Positions 36,704-38,001 of a DNA stretch of 38,001 bases are shown in pieces; the stretch's first letter is position 1, and every line of letters starts with the position of its first letter. The notes beneath the pieces were generated by a model. That model made no database searches and was not told the DNA's origin. It saw nothing but the letters and a program-made list of their open reading frames with translations. Source of the DNA: Octopus bimaculoides (Eukaryota). The stretch covers positions 25,265,346 to 25,303,346 of the forward strand of contig NC_068999.1 in the NCBI RefSeq assembly GCF_001194135.2, read 5' to 3'. The position numbers were made by a program, and so were the translations under genes.

Positions 36704-37805
36704 TTGTTCCCCACTGCTTGGCAATAAGTGTTGGTCTGTTTACATTCTAATAACTTAGCAGTTTGGCTAAAGAAACTGACACAATAAGTACCAAACTTTC
36801 AAAACAGAATATAAGTACAGTCTTCAAGCTAGTGCACCAGCATGGCAACAGCCCAATGACTGAATCAAGTAAAATATGAAAGAGATGAGAAATCGAGTGT
36901 TGTTTTAAAGAGAAAAAAGAATGATGAAAGAAAATTTTCTGGTTGAGATATACTTAGATGAATAATGTGATAATAAACAACAAACTAACAAAAGATATTG
37001 CAAATGGTTAGAAAATTTATCAGTGGTCAACAGCAATAAATAAATTTGGCAAGAAATGTAGAGCCAATGAACGCTACATACCAAATGTAAAGAGGTTTGA
37101 CAGCAGGTTTTCATCACAGCAAAAGTAGTGTCATAGTATTTATCTTTTACTTGTTCCGGTCATTAGTCTGTGGCCATGCTAGTGCACTGCCTTATTGTTA
37201 GTTATTTTAAAACTAAATAATACACACTATTAATTTGACACATTCTAGCTTGTGAAAACATATAGGAGTGATTTTCAAGACATAATGTCTAAAGAAAAAT
37301 TAATTTTGTTATGAGTCTTTACCGAAGCTCTACAAGAAAATATTTTACATGAAAATCAAGATTTCTGCTGAAAATTTGACTCACCTTTGGTCCAGATCTA
37401 CCTGTCAAACCAGGTTTTCCTTCCAGCCCAGGGTCTCCTTGAAATCCTTTTGATCCTGGGCTACCCATCATTCCTGGATAGCCAACAGTTCCCCCTTCAC
37501 CCCTTGGGCCATCAATTCCATTGATACCACTTTCTCCAGGTTCACCAACTGCACCAGGGAAGCCTGGCCGACCCTCAGAGCCTGGAAGACCATCAAGACC
37601 TGCAAAGAAGACAATAACATAAAGTAATGCTGCCAAAATTAAACTATTTGTAAGATGGTCTTAGAAAGTATGTACAATACATAAAAGAATTTTTAAAATA
37701 CAAGAAGTAATTATGACATACCTGGTCCTCCAGGTAATCCATCAATTCCAGGAACGCCTCTGTCTCCATTAACAATATCATAGAAAGATAAATCTCCTGG
37801 TTCAC
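11812..37805 (-). CDS. COL4A1: Type IV collagen alpha chain (alpha1-like), 3' 18 coding exons; 5' end outside window
   Basis: 18 exons with GT-AG boundaries join in one frame (2672 nt; the first 2 nt complete a split Gly codon). They give Gly-X-Y repeats with interruptions followed by an NC1 domain with 12 Cys. The symbol means alpha1-like, based on the motif [31 protein letters not shown]; orthology was not tested. Confidence 0.95.
12788..13343. mobile_element. Foldback MITE with 36-bp perfect TIRs (Merlin- or hAT-like), nested in an older repeat
   Basis: 12789-12824 is the exact reverse complement of 13307-13342. The direct repeat GATTTAGC occurs at 12780-12787 and 13344-13351. An internal inverted repeat pairs 12952-12972 with 13164-13184 (1 mismatch). 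Confidence 0.9.
13557..13643 (-). CDS. COL4A1: Collagen IV exon Q (87 nt, phase 0-0), NC1
   Basis: [29 protein letters not shown]; acceptor TTTTCATTAG, donor GTAAGA. Confidence 0.96.
14835..15040 (-). CDS. COL4A1: Collagen IV exon P (206 nt, phase 1-0), NC1
   Basis: (G)[68 protein letters not shown]; acceptor GGTTTCAG, donor GTAAGT. Confidence 0.98.
15354..16538 (+). mobile_element. Decayed mariner transposon (mellifera-like) in the collagen intron O-P
   Basis: TIRs TTAAGTTGTTTGGAAAGTTCTGAG and CTCAGAACTTTCCAAACAATCTAA with TA on both sides. Remnants [49 protein letters not shown]. The segment between the second and third catalytic Asp is deleted. Confidence 0.93.
16754..16880. repeat. 19-bp minisatellite, 6 copies, consensus AGGAGAGTCACTTATTTTT
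   Basis: Unit starts at 16766, 16785, 16804, 16823, 16842 and 16861. Confidence 0.9.
17473..17585 (-). CDS. COL4A1: Collagen IV exon O (113 nt, phase 2-1), NC1
   Basis: (R)[37 protein letters not shown](G); acceptor ATTTTGTAG, donor GTCAGT; absent from the ORF track. Confidence 0.96.
18457..18664 (-). CDS. COL4A1: Collagen IV exon N (208 nt, phase 1-2), helix-to-NC1 junction
   Basis: (G)DVGLDGIPG...[15 protein letters not shown](R); acceptor ATTTTCCAG, donor GTAAGT. Confidence 0.96.
19019..19232 (+). mobile_element. Mariner-derived MITE (internally deleted)
   Basis: TA followed by the TIR CGAGGGGGTGCTGAAAAATTCCTGGCTTT, which pairs with AAAGCCAGCAACTTTTCAGTAGCTTCATG. The interior encodes a mariner C-terminus remnant, [13 protein letters not shown]. 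Confidence 0.8.
19297..19420. repeat. (TG)n-TA-(CA)n microsatellite, present twice around a 10-N gap
   Basis: Seen directly. Confidence 0.9.
19421..19530 (-). mobile_element. Second Helitron 3' terminus (same family as 7063)
   Basis: The first 36 bp are identical to 7063-7098 (CTAG plus GC hairpin), and similarity continues for about 70 bp. No 5' end is recognisable. Confidence 0.8.
20035..20148 (-). CDS. COL4A1: Collagen IV exon M (114 nt, phase 1-1)
   Basis: (G)[37 protein letters not shown](G); acceptor GAACTCAG, donor GTAAGG. Confidence 0.94.
20601..20835 (+). mobile_element. tRNA-derived SINE with simple-repeat tail
   Basis: Box B-like GAGTTCAAATTCC at 20674-20686, AATACCAGTTGAACACTGGGGTTGATGTAATC core, (TAC)n-like tail. 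A partial second copy lies at about 20488-20590. Confidence 0.78.
21173..21317 (-). CDS. COL4A1: Collagen IV exon L (145 nt, phase 0-1)
   Basis: [15 protein letters not shown]...GTDGLPGLS(G); acceptor CTTTCTATAG, donor GTATAC. Confidence 0.95.
21790..21998 (+). mobile_element. RTE-type 3' tail fragment
   Basis: AAGAAGGGCATCCAGCCATAGAAA...AACCCATGCCAGCATG...GATGATGAT. Shorter copies occur near 4020-4100, 17280-17360 and 19530-19575. Confidence 0.75.
22400..23030 (-). mobile_element. Possible highly decayed Penelope-like RT fragment
   Basis: An open frame [31 protein letters not shown] resembles the PLE RT motif KFTxE..LPFLDV..LxTSVxxKPTDTxxYL. Upstream remnants are weak. Confidence 0.45.
24053..24186 (-). 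CDS. COL4A1: Collagen IV exon K (134 nt, phase 1-0)
   Basis: (G)[12 protein letters not shown]...GLTGDPGIN; acceptor TGTTTTAG, donor GTAATA. Confidence 0.93.
24971..25144 (-). CDS. COL4A1: Collagen IV exon J (174 nt, phase 1-1)
   Basis: (E)[17 protein letters not shown]...[12 protein letters not shown](G); acceptor TTACTTGTAG, donor GTAAGG. Confidence 0.94.
25661..25987. mobile_element. hAT (Charlie-like) MITE
   Basis: TIRs CAGAGGTTCTCAACC and GGATGAGAACCACTG (13/15 match); 8-bp flanks GTGTATAT and ATGTATGT (6/8, central TA). Confidence 0.75.
26298..26336 (-). CDS. COL4A1: Collagen IV exon I (39-nt microexon, phase 1-1)
   Basis: (G)[12 protein letters not shown](E); strong acceptor TTTGTTTCTTTCAG, consensus donor GTAAGT. 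Confidence 0.9.
26831..27101 (+). mobile_element. RTE LINE 3' end or RTE-tailed SINE (same family as 27-600)
   Basis: [15 protein letters not shown] remnant, GGCATTAGGAAGGGCATCCAGC core, (TGA)n tail. Confidence 0.8.
27121..27215. repeat. 13-bp tandem repeat ACACACATTATAC (3 exact copies plus degenerate ones)
   Basis: Exact units at 27121, 27134 and 27147. Confidence 0.85.
27260..27557 (-). CDS. COL4A1: Collagen IV exon H (298 nt, phase 0-1)
   Basis: [13 protein letters not shown]...GPDGLDGLE(G), 99 codons of Gly-X-Y with one Gly-to-Ala imperfection (GYP-ASP-GLP); acceptor TATTTTTAG, donor GTAAGT. Confidence 0.97.
27912..28133. mobile_element. piggyBac-type MITE
   Basis: TTAA on both sides (27908-27911, 28134-28137); 13-bp imperfect TIRs TCCTTTTAATACC and GGTAACAAAAGGG. 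Confidence 0.7.
29085..29272. mobile_element. Degenerate piggyBac-type MITE
   Basis: Left end TCAA-TCCTTTAGCATT, right end TTAGGG-TTAA; the right TIR appears partly deleted. Confidence 0.4.
30500..30633 (-). CDS. COL4A1: Collagen IV exon G (134 nt, phase 1-0)
   Basis: (G)[44 protein letters not shown]; acceptor TATTTAG. Donor GTAGGT is required by the phase-0 start of the next exon. Confidence 0.92.
31091..31180 (-). CDS. COL4A1: Collagen IV exon F (90 nt, phase 1-1)
   Basis: (G)[29 protein letters not shown](G); acceptor CATTGCAG, donor GTAAGT. Confidence 0.96.
31590..32100 (-). mobile_element. Penelope-like element fragment (RT-to-GIY-YIG linker region)
   Basis: The minus frame reads [62 protein letters not shown]. 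This matches the PLE motif I recall as [33 protein letters not shown]...FNRNTVKVSYSCMPNMKSII. The Trp codon has become TAG at 31901-31903. Confidence 0.8.
32609..32704 (-). CDS. COL4A1: Collagen IV exon E (96 nt, phase 1-1)
   Basis: (G)[31 protein letters not shown](G); acceptor ATTTATAG. The weak donor GTACAG was chosen because it preserves the next Gly. Confidence 0.88.
33455..33755 (+). mobile_element. CR1/L2-type LINE 3' end
   Basis: [24 protein letters not shown] resembles the CR1 C-terminus (RVxxxWNxLPxxVV...FK); it is followed by a 3' UTR and an ATT/CAT-like tail. Confidence 0.7.
34012..34170 (-). CDS. COL4A1: Collagen IV exon D (159 nt, phase 1-1)
   Basis: (G)[15 protein letters not shown]...[14 protein letters not shown](G); acceptor TTTATTTAG, donor GTTTGT. 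Confidence 0.94.
34903..35020 (-). CDS. COL4A1: Collagen IV exon C (118 nt, phase 0-1)
   Basis: [39 protein letters not shown](G); acceptor CTTTTCAAAG, donor GTAGGA. Confidence 0.95.
35200..35650 (+). mobile_element. Old RTE-clade LINE C-terminal fragment
   Basis: [36 protein letters not shown] and [12 protein letters not shown] motifs, with stops. Confidence 0.7.
36000..36660 (+). mobile_element. RTE-derived element: putative 5' UTR segment joined via (TA)n to an RTE 3' end with a C2H2 finger
   Basis: [23 protein letters not shown] at 36530-36600 resembles the BovB/RTE terminal finger, and the 3' end TCCATGGT..GACAGAAGCC follows. The 5' part is identified from recall only. Confidence 0.65.
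36690..36885 (+). mobile_element. SINE 3' core (other copies at about 3402-3545 and 19790-19845)
   Basis: CCCCAC..CTTGGCAAT..TTGGT.TGT.TAC..AATAAGTACC..CCAGCATGGC..CAG..TGAA.CAAG shared between copies. Confidence 0.65.
37385..37599 (-). CDS. COL4A1: Collagen IV exon B (215 nt, phase 1-0)
   Basis: (G)[15 protein letters not shown]...GLTGRSGPK; acceptor TTTGCAG, donor GTGAGT. Confidence 0.96.
37722..37805 (-). CDS. COL4A1: Collagen IV exon A (84 nt, phase 1-1)
   Basis: (G)[27 protein letters not shown](G); acceptor TTTTATAG, donor GTATGT. Confidence 0.93.
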
Positions 37806-37892
37806 CTATAAAAATTGAATGAATACAACAATCATTCATTAATTCCTAACATTTATGTATAAATACATATGCGCACAAACACACATATACAC

Positions 37893-37928
<36 letters not shown>

Positions 37929-37951
37929 ATAATATATATCAATATATACAT

Positions 37952-37988
<37 letters not shown>

Positions 37989-38001
37989 ATAATATATATC
38001 A

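Overview
This is AT-rich, microsatellite-rich eukaryotic DNA. It is most likely a coleoid cephalopod such as Octopus, inferred from repeat families I recall and not from a search. The only host gene is the 3' part of a type IV (basement-membrane) collagen on the minus strand. I reconstructed 18 GT-AG exons between 37805 and the TAA stop at 11812-11814. All are phase-compatible and total 2672 coding nt (about 889 aa). They encode an interrupted Gly-X-Y helix and a complete 12-Cys NC1 domain that is alpha1-like and keeps the sulfilimine Met93/Lys211 equivalents. The 5' end of the gene lies beyond the right edge of the window. The rest is introns and intergenic DNA filled with decayed mobile elements: RTE LINEs, two near-full-length mariners, a mariner MITE, a Helitron with both termini, Penelope-like fragments, a CR1 tail, hAT- and piggyBac-type MITEs, tRNA-derived SINEs, and a foldback MITE carrying a perfect telomere-repeat palindrome. 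Most ORF-track entries are artefacts of microsatellites, N gaps or antisense reading. I found no new biological system that I can support with confidence. The most unusual structures are the foldback MITE with its palindrome, the composite Helitron end, the bipartite RTE and several NC1 substitutions.
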